A stretch of DNA of 64,000 nt. Origin: Octopus sinensis. Lineage: Eukaryota. Below, one piece after another: positions 28,289 to 41,600 of this stretch. The first letter of the stretch is position 1. The number at the start of each line of letters is the position of its first letter. The position numbers were made by a program, and so were the translations under genes. Under the pieces are notes generated by a model. It saw nothing but the letters and a program-made list of their open reading frames with translations, did not search any database and was not told the origin of the DNA. The stretch spans positions 64,976,001 to 65,040,000 of the forward strand of contig NC_043000.1 in the NCBI RefSeq assembly GCF_006345805.1. Reading direction: 5' to 3'.

Positions 28289-31200
28289 ACACACATACAC
28301 ACACGAGTATAAGAATAGAAACATTATCTTGTTCTTCTATACATACTGTGATTATTAAAGAAAGTTCAAGAGGTGGAGAACCTCTACTCATGGGCAAAAT
28401 TTCACTCACATTAAAATTTGAAATGGTCTACCAATGAAATCTTTAAAATTCCATATGTAAGAATCAGTTTAATACTTTTATGACTTTATTTCTACTGACA
28501 TACACTATTTTTGGGAAATAAACAAGAGTTAAGACAGATTTAATGAAATAACTGTTTCATTATGAAGTTAGCATTTGTAACATAACTTGATGAAAAGTTG
28601 TTACATAAAATTATGATAGATGGTTTTTATATTAAATAGGAATAATTTAAAATGAGTGGTTTAGTATCACAACTAGAGGTGATCTTAGGTAGGTAGGCAG
28701 GTTGGTATTAAGTGTTATGCCTTAAGACCAAAACAGTAATTTAATATAAGCTATGCACTTATGAATTTGTAACATTAAAGATTCATTATTTTTCTCAGCA
28801 CAGATACACCCAAAGTTCTCAATTTGCTCTTTGTATGTAAAAGTTTCTCCACCCGTGTCTAAAGCATGAGGCATAAAATGATAATTTGTTCTGAGCCCAG
28901 CTATCAATTAAACATTTCTTTCAAAAATTCAAGTGATCTTCAGTGACTTCAAAACTAATTTAATAAATATTGATTTCCAATTCATCTTCTTATTTACTTA
29001 TTCAATTACAAATAATGATCCATTTCAATTATTTCAGCATTTGTCTTTTCATATTAAAGTGGGTCAGGTATCAAGTTACTTCACTGCAGTTGCATTTATT
29101 CTATAGTTACTCATCTACTAACACCACCTCAGAATATATACTGTGCTTCACTACATTCTCAAATCTATACATTCTGACTTTTGAAAGCAACATGTTACAG
29201 ATGTCTCTAATTTAAAGTGACCTTTCTATGTATATGTTATGTTTAAATCCTCTTAAGATTGGTACATCTGTAAGTTTTCACTTTTGAAGATCAAATACAT
29301 AACATTTACACTTCTTAATAATGTACCTTAATCTGCTTGATCAAGTCAAGCTAGAAAAATGTGCCACTCCCAGGACAGCTAACTGTAAAATTATTTACTC
29401 TAATAATATAATATTGGCCATGCTAGAATGGAAAAAAGAAAGTTTAGGAAAGAAAAAAATTCAGCAAAACTACTTTGCCATAAAATATATCATAATATCA
29501 ACTTAAATAGTGATTTCAAATTTTGGCACAAGGCCAGCAATTTTGGGGAGGGATTAAGTCAATTACATCAATACACGGAAAATGATAGAAATTACATATA
29601 GATAATTAGTTAAAAGAAATTTTAGTAAAAAATTTTTATCAGAACATGTACAAGCAATTCTGATTAATTTCATCAGTCTGTTAATTGCATGTTTTCAAAA
29701 TACCAAGCCATTTCTCAGAACCATGGTTCTCAGAACAACAGAATAAAAGCCAACCAAAATATTGTGGAAACATTATGCTCCACTCTCTTTAGTAACAAGA
29801 AGATAAAATAGAGCTTATATCCATATACTTCTTCCTTCTTTGTTATAGTATTGGACAAGTTTTAAAAGTTTAAACCATCTCAGTTTTATTAAATGTAGAA
29901 ATTTCTCCATCTCTTTTTTCATTTTTCCCAGCCTATTATCACGAGAGACACTGGTTTAGCATAGAATCTATGTGAATCTTTTTTATCTTTTAATCTTTTA
30001 CTTGTTTCAGTCATTTGACTGTGGCCATGCTGGAGCACTGCCTTAAGCCTAGTACTTATCATATTGGTCTCTTTTGCCAAACTGTTAAGTTATGGAGACG
30101 TAAACACACCAACGTCGGATGTCAAGCGATGTTGGCGGGGGGGAAGATGGATGACAAACACAGACACACAAACATATACACACATACATTTATACATATA
30201 TACGACAGGCTTCTTTACAGTTTTCGTCTACCAAATCCACTCCCAAGGCTTTGGTCAGCCTGAGGCTATAGTAGAAGACACTTGCCCAAGGTGCCACACA
30301 GTGGGTCTGAACTCGGAACCATGTGGTTGGTAAGCAAGCTACTTACCACACAGCCACTCCTGCGCCTGTATATACAATTAACTTTCAGTTAATCAACGTC
30401 ATTTACATTAGTAAATGATGCCAATCTCAGTTAATTATGAACGTTTGTTTTTGTTTTTGTTTTAGATTTTGAGTAAACATTTAGCCCAATGTATGCTAAA
30501 ATTGAACATATATTTGACTTAGGATGAATTAGGTGATTCTAGAAGCTTCTGTTTTGATGATGAATAAGAATGACAGAAGGCAGCGCCTTGTGTTTTACAA
30601 GTAACCAATGTTAAAAAATTAAATGTGTTCACATTACTCTTTTAATTGAATTTTATCTTATTTCTAATAGTGTAATAAAACTCTTCAATAGATAAGTTTT
30701 CATTGTAGATAAATATTACCAAACGATGTTTTTTAGTCAAAGGATGTTATCTTGTTGTTTTCATTATCAACTATTTCATTCTGTGATGGACCCAGTAAGT
30801 TTTTCTGCATCCTCTAAGTTGTTATCATTGAGTAATTCAAATTGTGTGAAAGTCTTTGTCAAGTTAAGAATGGGTAATTGAAAAATATCAAAAGCAACTG
30901 CAAAAACCTCATAGGGGATAAGTGAAACAATTGTCATACCAATAATATATCAAAGAAACAGCATGAACTGGGTGGAAGATAAGTAATTTATGTTTACATA
31001 AAATGTATTGTATATAAAATTTTATTTTTGCTTTCATCTGTATCTAGTATATGTGTGAAATATCACAATGCTTTACTACTGACAGCATATTGAAATCTTG
31101 TAATTTATCACCTATCTTGCAAATTCTGTTAATAGCATGAGATTTTCAATTACAGAAGTAATTAAGCAGAATCAACTCTATGTTTTTAAAGGAAAAGGTG

Positions 31201-33180
31201 TCATATATATTGATATTGTTACTGACATTTTATAGTGGTAAACTAAGTAGTTACTTAGTTCCAAGTTGGTTTTGATTGAGCAGACAGAACTATAATCAAA
31301 ACTGTTCCAATCTCGACCCTTCCTTAATTTTGTTTGGCCAGGACTAAAATTCTATCTCTCTCATTCCCTCTCACCTTCTCTCTTTCTTTAAGACAACAGC
31401 CTATTATTTGAGGGTGGTTTGGCTGCTATTTGTAACTGATCAAGCAGTTGCATAGATGCTATCTTCTGTAACTACAAAGTAAATAGTCACAAGATGTAAT
31501 CATGTGATATAATTGATTCTAATGACCTCCAGAATTACATAAGAATTTACTCAATTTTCTTTGATTAAGAGCAAACATATTATCATAATCATATGTACCC
31601 CTATGTTGAAGTAAGCTAACCTTATTGTTTTGGTCTGATTTTGTAAGTAGGCTTCCTGTTGTTAAAATCGAGTCAGCCCTAACTGAGCTGTGCTCCTACT
31701 ATGACCATCCTATCATTTTGTATATTTACATTGTCCAATGCATCTTTTCTACTTTTAAGATAATAGGGTATGATTAGAAGCAATGTATCCTTTTCAAATA
31801 GAGTGATGTGTAATTTAAGGAAGATTTGACTACTGCTTTTAGTAGGTCAAGCATCTACATAAAGCATCCCTTAGTGCTTTGTAGTTTTAATGTTACAATA
31901 CAAGGTGGCTCGCTGGCAGAAACGTTAGCATGCCAGGTGAAATGCTTAGCAGTATTTTGTGTCTTTACATTCTGAGTTCAAATTCTGCCGAGGTCGACTT
32001 TGCCTATCATCCTGTTGGGGTTGATAAATTAAGTACCAATTGCATACTGGAGGGGGGGGTCGATCTAATTGACTGCCCCCCCCCCAATATTTCACACCTT
32101 GTGCCTAGAGTAGAAAAGAATGTTACAATGCAAGTGATGTTTTGATGTTTTCAATTAAGATTTTTTCATCTAATTCTGATATCTTGCAATATATAATGTT
32201 GTACAATGTGTAAGAGTTACTTTTCTATTTCTTTTGTTACAGAATGTAAGTATATGAAAGGGACTTGGTCTGCTTGTGATCCCAACACCAGCACCAAAAA
32301 TATGACAATGATGTTGAAGAAAGGCGATCCAAAGAAATGCCCTGAAACTAGAATAAAATCTAAGGGTTGTAAACAAGGAAAGGGTAAGTTTTTAAATTCC
32401 CTGCCTAGTCTGTAAAATCTACAGCAAAAAAATTAATTAAAAAAAAATGTGATAACAGAAAATTCCATAACTGCTGCTGCATGCAATAACTTCACTTTAG
32501 TTGCATACACTTGTTGTATATTGCAACTGTGGTTATATATTGCTTCTTTTTATTATAATTTTGTCTGCATAGATGTATTTGTAATTGTACATTGTAGATG
32601 ATGGCTGTGTACATTTGTTGTACGCTATTATTGTAACTGCAAATGGACTTATATATCTACTAAGACAACAACAGCAGTCATTCTTAAATCCTTTACTCAT
32701 AAAAATTTTGTAACTTTCAATAAACGAACTTTTCTAACATGGGATTAATTGAATTAAACTTAAATATATGAAAGATTACCATCCTCTTCTTTAAATATAG
32801 TGAGAAAAATGGTGACTTAATTACAAAAGTATTTGGTCAGAACCCAAGAAACTTTGCTTTGCATCATCAATAAAGTAGTTTTGCTCTGTTGTATTCCCAC
32901 TGTATAACAGCATTGGCAAATGTTTCTCCATTTGCATCTGTTTTCTCATTTCTTCCTCCTGCATGCATGTGTGTGTGAGTGTGTGTGTGCATGAGTGTGA
33001 TGTGTATGTACAAATATATATGTATATATATATAAATGTGTTGCGTGTGTGTGTATGTATATATGTACGTGTGTATATATATATATTTATGCATAATAAT
33101 AATATTAGGGAGTATAATTCCAAACTTACAGGGAAAAATTCAATTTAGCATTAAATCAAATTTCGCAATATATATATTTA

Positions 33181-33230
<50 letters not shown>

Positions 33231-36200
33231 TATGTCTCTGAGTGTGTGTGTGTGTGTAACATGTGAGTATGTATCACTTATCAACGACAACCACAACCCT
33301 TTCGTTACTATATTTCTGACCAAAATACACCCCTCATGAGTTTCAATTAAATTCTAAAATAATCATGAATCTAGGCTTGTTTCATTAAATAACTGTAACT
33401 TTTTTACTTATCAACATATTAATGTGATATTTGGAACATAATTAAAGAAATGGTTCTTAATCGATTCTATTGCAAAACTTTTGTCTCAAAGTGACTTTAA
33501 TTACAGGTAAATCCAGGTAAATTGAGCAAAAGGTAAAAATATTAAAATTTTGTTTAAACATCACCATAGAAAATGAATCATCAGCTAGTATTCAAATGGG
33601 TATGCAACAAAATTTTGATAAAGAAGAATTGTGCACATCTCTATATCATCAGTTGAATTTAATGCACAACAGGTGTACCATAAAGGTGGAATAAACTGAA
33701 ATATTGGAATCCACCGTAAGTTTGACCGAACTAAAGAAATCGGTCAAAAAATAATATACGGCCCTGGTTATGGTATGGAAGTGATAAGTTCCAGACCACA
33801 TCGTTCCCTAGGCCATGCTGACTAACATTATTTACCCTGTATAAAAACTAAATCCACGCAGTACCCAGTATTTGCTTCACAAATTTTCCGAAATTTGAAC
33901 CCCCATTTTGTGTTTGTTTACGTTCTGCGTAAGTTTGTTTCCGCATTGATCGCTTCAAACAATAACTTCCAGACCACATCATACCCTAAGCCATGCTGAC
34001 TAACATTAGTTTCCATGTATAAAAACTAAATCCGCAACAGTACCCAGTATTTGTTTCACAAATTTTCCAAATTCGGAATCAATGATTGATAACATGAAAC
34101 TCCTATCTATTTTCAAAGTTGAAGAAAAATCGATGCCGAAAAAAATGAGGAAAAAATCTCCCGAAATTCAGGGAATTAAAATTACACGTCGATCTTTGTA
34201 CAAAACTGTAGATGAACTGTTTACGAAGCATAATCACGTGTTTTCACGAATGTACTAAAGAGATTTGCTCTGATATTCTCATTTAAATATGAATAGGTAA
34301 ATTCGGACGGGTTTGGGCGGTTTGGTCACATTAACCAAAGTTTTTTTCGGGCGGCTTTGGGCGGTTTGGTAACGAAAGGGTTAAGCAGGTGATCATTAGA
34401 AAACTAAGAACAAGGGTGACAGAACGCCTATGATATTCAGAAATCTTTCTACCTCACTTCTATCAGCCTCGACACAAATATGTTAGCATTGGTAAATTTT
34501 GAACATCATCTATCAAAATACCCAGCAATTAATTAAAAAGAAGAATTGGTTCTATTTTAAACATTCATATCTACAGTAATTAAGAAATATCATTAATGCT
34601 TGAAGACTCCAGAAACTCAATACTATCATTGTTTAGATGATGTCTCTTAATATGTCCTGTCTTCTATATAGTTGATGACTCAAAGGATTTTTATCTTCTT
34701 CTGTGTGCGTGTTATTTGCATGCTATTTTTGTGTTTTTATTTTGTGGTATGTGGATGGAAGCACTCCGTCGGTTACGACGACGAGGGTTCCGGTTGATCC
34801 GATCAACGGAACAGCCTGCTCATGAAATTAACGTGTAAGTGGCTGAGCACTCCACAGACACGTGTACCCTTAACGTAGTTCTCGGGGATATTCAGCGTGA
34901 CAAGGCCGGCCCTTTTGAAATACAGGTACAACAGAAACAGGAAGTAAGAGTGAGAGAAAGTTGTGGTGAAAGAGTACAGCAGGGATCACCACCATCCCTG
35001 CCGGAGCCTCGTGGAGCTTTTTAGGTGTTTTCGCTCAATAAACACTCACAACGCCCGGTCTGGGAATCGAAACTGCGATCCTACGACTGCGAGTCCGCTG
35101 CCCTAACCACTGGGCCATTGCGCCTCCACTTTGTGGTATGTACATGTGTATATGAATACATAAATGTTAATGATGTTAAGTTATGGAAGCATGCAAGGGC
35201 AGTTGTGGAACAATTGGCCTGTCTTGCAATGTTGATACTTTTTTAAGCCAATGGACAAGTTATCACATATAAATAAGTGTCTCCTAGACTATGTTACACC
35301 AAATATTTCATTCTAAAAATACTTCAGTATTTATCCTAATTAACAAAGATTCAAATCAAGTTTATTTGGTTCAGTCTCTAGTTGTGAGAGTAAATATGAT
35401 TGATCTTGTGATTAGTACAAGTATCAGATTATTATAAGGCAAACTCTTAAGGTGGCACGTTGGCAGAATCATTAGCACGCTGGGGAAAATGCTTAGCAGT
35501 ATTTTGTCTGTTGCTCTGTTCTGAGTTCAAATTCCACTGACATTGACTTTGCCTTTCATCCTTTCAGGGTCAATAAATTAAGTACCAGTTGCATACTGGG
35601 TTCAATCTAATTGACTTGCTCCCTCACCCCAAATTCCAGGCCTTGTGTCTATATTAGAAAGGATTATTAGATTAACTCTTACAAGTATTAGATTCCATCC
35701 CAAAAATTTGTAATTCTCATAGATATTAATACAGAATGTATTGAGTCATATAATAATTGAATTAGGAGTCTCATTTTATAGAAAAAAACCTTATATTATA
35801 AAATGTTAGTATATGCTATCAAATGCTATTGTTAATAAGATTGTCATTTTTTAGACTGTCAACATCATCTGTAAAGATGAAATCTTATTTTACATATTTT
35901 CATCTACACCAGGTTTTAATTGTTTTAATCTCTAATCATCATCAGTGCCTTATTCCTGGATATGTATATTGTATTAATGTACAAACAAACCTTGATTTTT
36001 AAAGCATGGGTAGTAATGGTTTTATCTGCTTGGCCACTGATGCATCTACTCCTGTAGTATGCATATACCCAGGAGTAAGAAACCTGATGACAATCAGAAA
36101 TCAAACTATTTATAAAGTAGCTTAAGATGTAAGTATTAAGAAATGTTTCAGCTCTAAAGATGAGGTCAAGAATCTGAAAAATTATAACTTTACCAAGTGT

Positions 36201-38186
36201 ATGCTATGTTTATAAACTAATGTAGAGGATACCATATCCTGGAGATATATCTGGATGATAAGCAAAACTATTGTAAGGAAGCATATTTTCTAGTGGTTTT
36301 GGAATTCATACAGTCAAAACTAAACTGATATACTGTAATCTTTTTGAATTGATCAAAATGTTTAATGGGTGTAGTTGTGTTGTTAATGTTTATGTGGCTG
36401 AATGTTTGTCAGGAGAAGCTGCTGGCTCATGGCCTTCAAGTTGACTCCTTGCACAAAGGTCACTGAGTGTTGAAGCACATCACGTTTTCTCCCTTTGGAG
36501 ATTGATAGCAAAAAAGGACATTAATGATACTGATATTGATTCAATAAAAGTCTGTGAACAAGTAATTTGTAAAAGAAAAATTGTAATTGTAAACGTTTGA
36601 AGGATTTGAAAAGACAATAAAAATATAAAAAAAAGACAAATCAGTATTACAAAATATATCATTTCATTTAACCTTTATAGAGAACTTATTGTTGCACTAT
36701 CTGATGATGGTTAATGATATATGTTTGAAACTGAATCTTCATCCTCTCATTGGCTACAATTTTAATGTAAAGGGGATGTTGTTTATTTCTGAGAAATCTT
36801 ACCATTCAGTTTGTGGTGAAACACAATTCCAAATGTTTAACCCTTTTGTTACTGTATTTCTGTTGAGATGTTCTGTGTTTCTTTCAATTACTTTAAATAT
36901 AACAAAGAATTTAGTAAAATAACTTAGTTATCATTCAGATTGTGTTAGGAACATAAATTGTGACTAAGGTTTGGTTGAAGATTTTTAATTCCAAACTTAT
37001 GAAAACAAAACATTTGTACTCAGAGCCAGAGCTGGTTTCAGCCGGGTTGGTAACGAAAGGGTTAAGTGAATGTTGTAAATAACTTTGTTCTATATGATGT
37101 CTGAGTGTGGCAAAGGGAATTATAATTTTACTGAGTGTATGCTATGTTTAGATAAAAGGAATAAATAAGATATAAGAAATCTGTACAGTACTAAGAGCTG
37201 GTGATGTCTATTTGGAAGATAATATAAACATAGAGTATTGATTTATTTCATACATTTCTAGATTAACAGTGAAATTTTAATCTGTTTAGGTTTTTACCCA
37301 CCACAATTACTCCTTTCTTGGTTTAGTATAATTGTTCTTTTTTTTTTTGGTTTGGTTTCTTTTCCCTTTCTCACAAATTTAGAGTTTATTCTTTTTTTCA
37401 AATCTTTGTTTAGCTTTTACTGTTAGTTTGTATGTAATGAAGTCAGAATATACATGAACTTTATTTTGGAGCTGTATTTATAATATATTATACTTTATAA
37501 TATGTCAAGTACCTCTTTTGAAAAGATGTAAAATAAAAAACAAACAAAACCCCTAAATGTGGATCATTTATTATAAAAATTTGTTAATAAGAAAATATAA
37601 TTACGTGTATGACAAAGAAGGTTTGTGTTTTAAAACTGACAAGATATTGACTTTATCTATTGAATATCCAACACCAATAGGGTTTTCTATACATTTCACA
37701 TGTGTATGTGTGTTTGTGGCGACTCATATTATATTCGGTTATACAGAATCGCTTGTATAATTTACAGCTTTTAAGCTTGAGGAGTTCTAAATGAATGCTT
37801 TATATTTTATTTATATGGCCATAATGTTTAGAATTTGTTTGTAGCATGTAAATATACCCGAGGCCCTTGGTCCCAATGTGATGCCCAGACAAATGAAAAA
37901 ACAAGGGTGTTAAAACTAAGGCGTGGAGACCCAAACAGATGTCAAAAGGAGAAGACATTAACAAAAACATGCAAATTAAGTAAGTTAGCAACATTTCAAA
38001 CCTTTGTTTTACAGAGTCAGTTTGTAGAGAGATGAACAGATTAACAGATTAAATCAAAATTAACCCACTGAATATGTTTAAATCATTTGTTTAATTGCTT
38101 GTCAACTGAATAAACTTATCTATATTTTATAAATGAATTATCTGCCAGAATTTTTCAGCATTAAGAGCTGGAATGTCTAAGGACCT

Positions 38187-38237
<51 letters not shown>

Positions 38238-38618
38238 TGTGTGTCTGGGTGTGTAAAATAATCTTACCGATGGATCTGTTTCTCTTTTCTATCTCAAACT
38301 GGTACTTATAATGTAAAATATTATTTAATCTACAATTTAGACTTCTAAAATATTTTCTGTCCTTGATAAGGAGTAAATTGAGAACCAGTTAGAAATACCT
38401 TTTTGTTTTAGCATGCCTTCTATTTAGAGTATCTCAAGACTGTTCAACTAAAAAGACTTAGGTAACGTAGTGATGTGTTCAGTAATGAATTTAGATTTGT
38501 CTCACTATATATAAAACATCTAGTTTGTCAAGCTCAATGGCCTTGAAAGGCCTGCAAAAGTCATTGGTACTGCCTCTTCTTGACCAAATATATATTTACA
38601 TATAATTTCATATATGTG

Positions 38619-38660
<42 letters not shown>

Positions 38661-41600
38661 CATCCGAATCATGTACATGTTTGAGCATATACATACATAT
38701 ATGCCACATGCATGCATGGATATATATATATACACATATATATGTGTGTGTATATGTGCATGTATGTATATGTATGTATATGCATATATATACACTGATA
38801 TAATATGAAAGCAGTCAAATTTTCTACAAGTGTAATTTACATTACTATTCTTAATTTATATGATATTAGTTATTATTAATTTATTTCTGTTATACTTACT
38901 AAAAGTGTCCAACTTTGTAACTGAATATTAGCAACCGCTCCCTCCAACCATGATAGTTTTATACATTAATATAATAATAATGCCAAAAAAATTGTTCATA
39001 TTTAATAAAATAGAGAATATGACCATGCAAAACATAAACTTTTAAACATTTTACAAAACTAATTCATTCCAACTTACCCCTTTTTGCCTTACCTTCTCCA
39101 GTTACTTTTTATCAGTTATGTCAGATATATGTTGGCAGTTTCTGAAAATGAGGGTTACACATCATCATCATCATCATCATTATTGTCGTCATTGTCATCA
39201 TCATCATCACCATCTTTATCTTCCTGCATCTCATCCTCCTCCTATTCATCATATAAGGGATAGTATTCTATATAAATTTTTTGGATAATCATCAGTAGAT
39301 GTTCCTTCTAACTAAACATGTGTACAATATATTACATGATATTTACCCAGTTCCAACATACAAAATAGGCAACATTAATACATTATACACTAAAAAAAAA
39401 CTATCCTTATTTCTATTTTCATGAGGATGTAAAGGAGAATATTTGGAGCAAGAGTTTAGTAGTTAAAGAATAGCTCTATAAATGCTTTATAGTATTTCCT
39501 TTGGTTCTCTGTTCTAGATTGTTCTGTGTTCAGTCTAAGGTAATGAATAAATAAATAAATAAATAAATAAATAAAATAAAATAAAATAAAGCCCTAGTAA
39601 GTATAGTTAAAAGAAATTATCATTTCAGTGATGGAATAATGATAAGGAGATGTGTTATTTGTGTTTCTGCTAAGTCATACAATTTGTACATACCAAATTA
39701 TTATTCATCAAGTAAAAAAATTGTTTTATTCATTAGCTTAAAGTTTACTCTAAAAATATAAGCAATTTGTTTTCTGACAGCTTTATAATGAATCTTGACT
39801 TCACAGCTAGTGGGGGGAAAAAAAATTACTAAAAATTTTTTTGTCAGTTATAATAGAAATTAATCTATGAATCGAGCTTGCTGCTGATATTTTTACAAAT
39901 AAATCATTTTGATGAAGTAATCTGTAAAAACTAAAACTTGAAATAAAAATCTCTATATTTATATTTTTTAGAAGCGATATAAACAATATACAGCATACTA
40001 TAAAAGTATTATTACCTTCAATATACTATAAAAGTATTATTTCCTTAAATATTTCTCTGATATTGTGTTGAAACAAAAGCAGATATAATCTTAGAATTTC
40101 TCAGATCACTGACTATAATTAGCCAATGCATATAACTAAAAAGTGATATTGTGCATTGTTATACGAGGTGTTCCATTATATATTTTTTTTCTAATCTAAC
40201 TTGTATGCATTTGAAAACTTATAGCAGAACATTAAATTTCTGTAATATTCCTATTCCAGTTGAAATTAATTATCCTTACTGATTTTAGAGTGTAAATATG
40301 AGAAGGGTGAGTGGTCTGCCTGTGACCCTGTCACTAATAAAAAGGTCCGTGTTCTAACTTTACGTCGAGGGGATCCAAATAGCTGTGAAAAGGAAAAGAC
40401 AATAAGCAAGTCCTGTCGCCGAAGTGAGTTAATATGATTTAACTTTTTTTAAAAAATTTTTTTCTTGAATTTATCAGCACTTGTTATTGTTGATGCCTGA
40501 GTTTCCTTGCATTGCTATAGTTTTTGTAAATTACTAAACCCTACACCTGTTTCTATTAGGTGGTTGACTGGCAGAGTTATTAGAGGGTTGGATGGAATGT
40601 ATTGTGATAATTGTTCTAACTCGCTGCACTCCTGAGTTCAAATCCTGCCAAGGTACTCTTGTCTTTCATCTTTACAAGGATTAATTGAAAAGAAGTACCA
40701 GCACAATGCTGGTGTAGCCTCCTCTCTCTCTGTCTTTCTCTCCAGCTATCAAACACTGGATGTTCTACTGGGTCCAGGGCAGGAGGGCTCAGAGAGTGAC
40801 CCTGTCTGCATGCAGCTATATGAACACGTAAACATTTTGCAAAAGCATGGCATTTGTTACTCAGTCTTTCTTGCTTGTGAGTGTGTTAGCTATAGCTTTT
40901 TTTTAAGCTTTTACACCTGTTTTATCATAGTTCAAATTAAGTTATTTGATCAAACTGAAATTTCTTTTATCTGTTTCCTTTTGTCAGTGGTTTTAAAGGA
41001 ATAAATCAAGATATTTCTTGGATTTATTGATAATAGTTGTTTTTATTAATAGATTAATCTTTCAGTGAAGATAACTTTTTTCATTCAATGTCATTTGAAA
41101 TAGTCCATTACTCATCTCAGCTAACAATGTAATATTTTGTCTTCATCAATAATATTTTCCTAACAATTCAGATTCTTAGTTGTAGTCATTGTCATGATTA
41201 TTATCATGATCATCATCACCATCCTCATCATCATCACCATCTTCATCATTGTTTTTATCATCGTGCATTTGATTTTCTTTGCTAGCATGCTGTTGTTGTG
41301 GTTGTTTAATCCCAGGTCAGCCTTGACAAAGTAGGCCTATGATCAAAGGCATTCTTTGCAAGACCATCTAGATTTAGCTGCTAGAAGTGGCAGCTAAATC
41401 ACATAGAGTTTCTTTTATTGGCTTGATGCTGGCATGGGCATTACATGTACACAATTCTAATACGTGATCTGATTATGTTTAACTCCACTTCAATACTATA
41501 TTTTTCATGAAATATACTGCCTTTCTTTCGATTAATTTTGAAAATAAAGAAGAATTTTGTCAGATAACTTTGTTGTTATTAAGCTGGTGTTTGGAGCATA

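Noticed and set aside
30420-31000. Possible piggyBac transposase remnant on the minus strand
   Set aside because: Too degenerate; no diagnostic catalytic motif could be read.
18036-32242. Additional hidden PTN/MK domain exons in the large introns 2 and 5
   Set aside because: A visual scan for AG-xx-TGY-AAR-TAY...TGG found none. A tBLASTn/HMM scan would be needed to exclude divergent ones.
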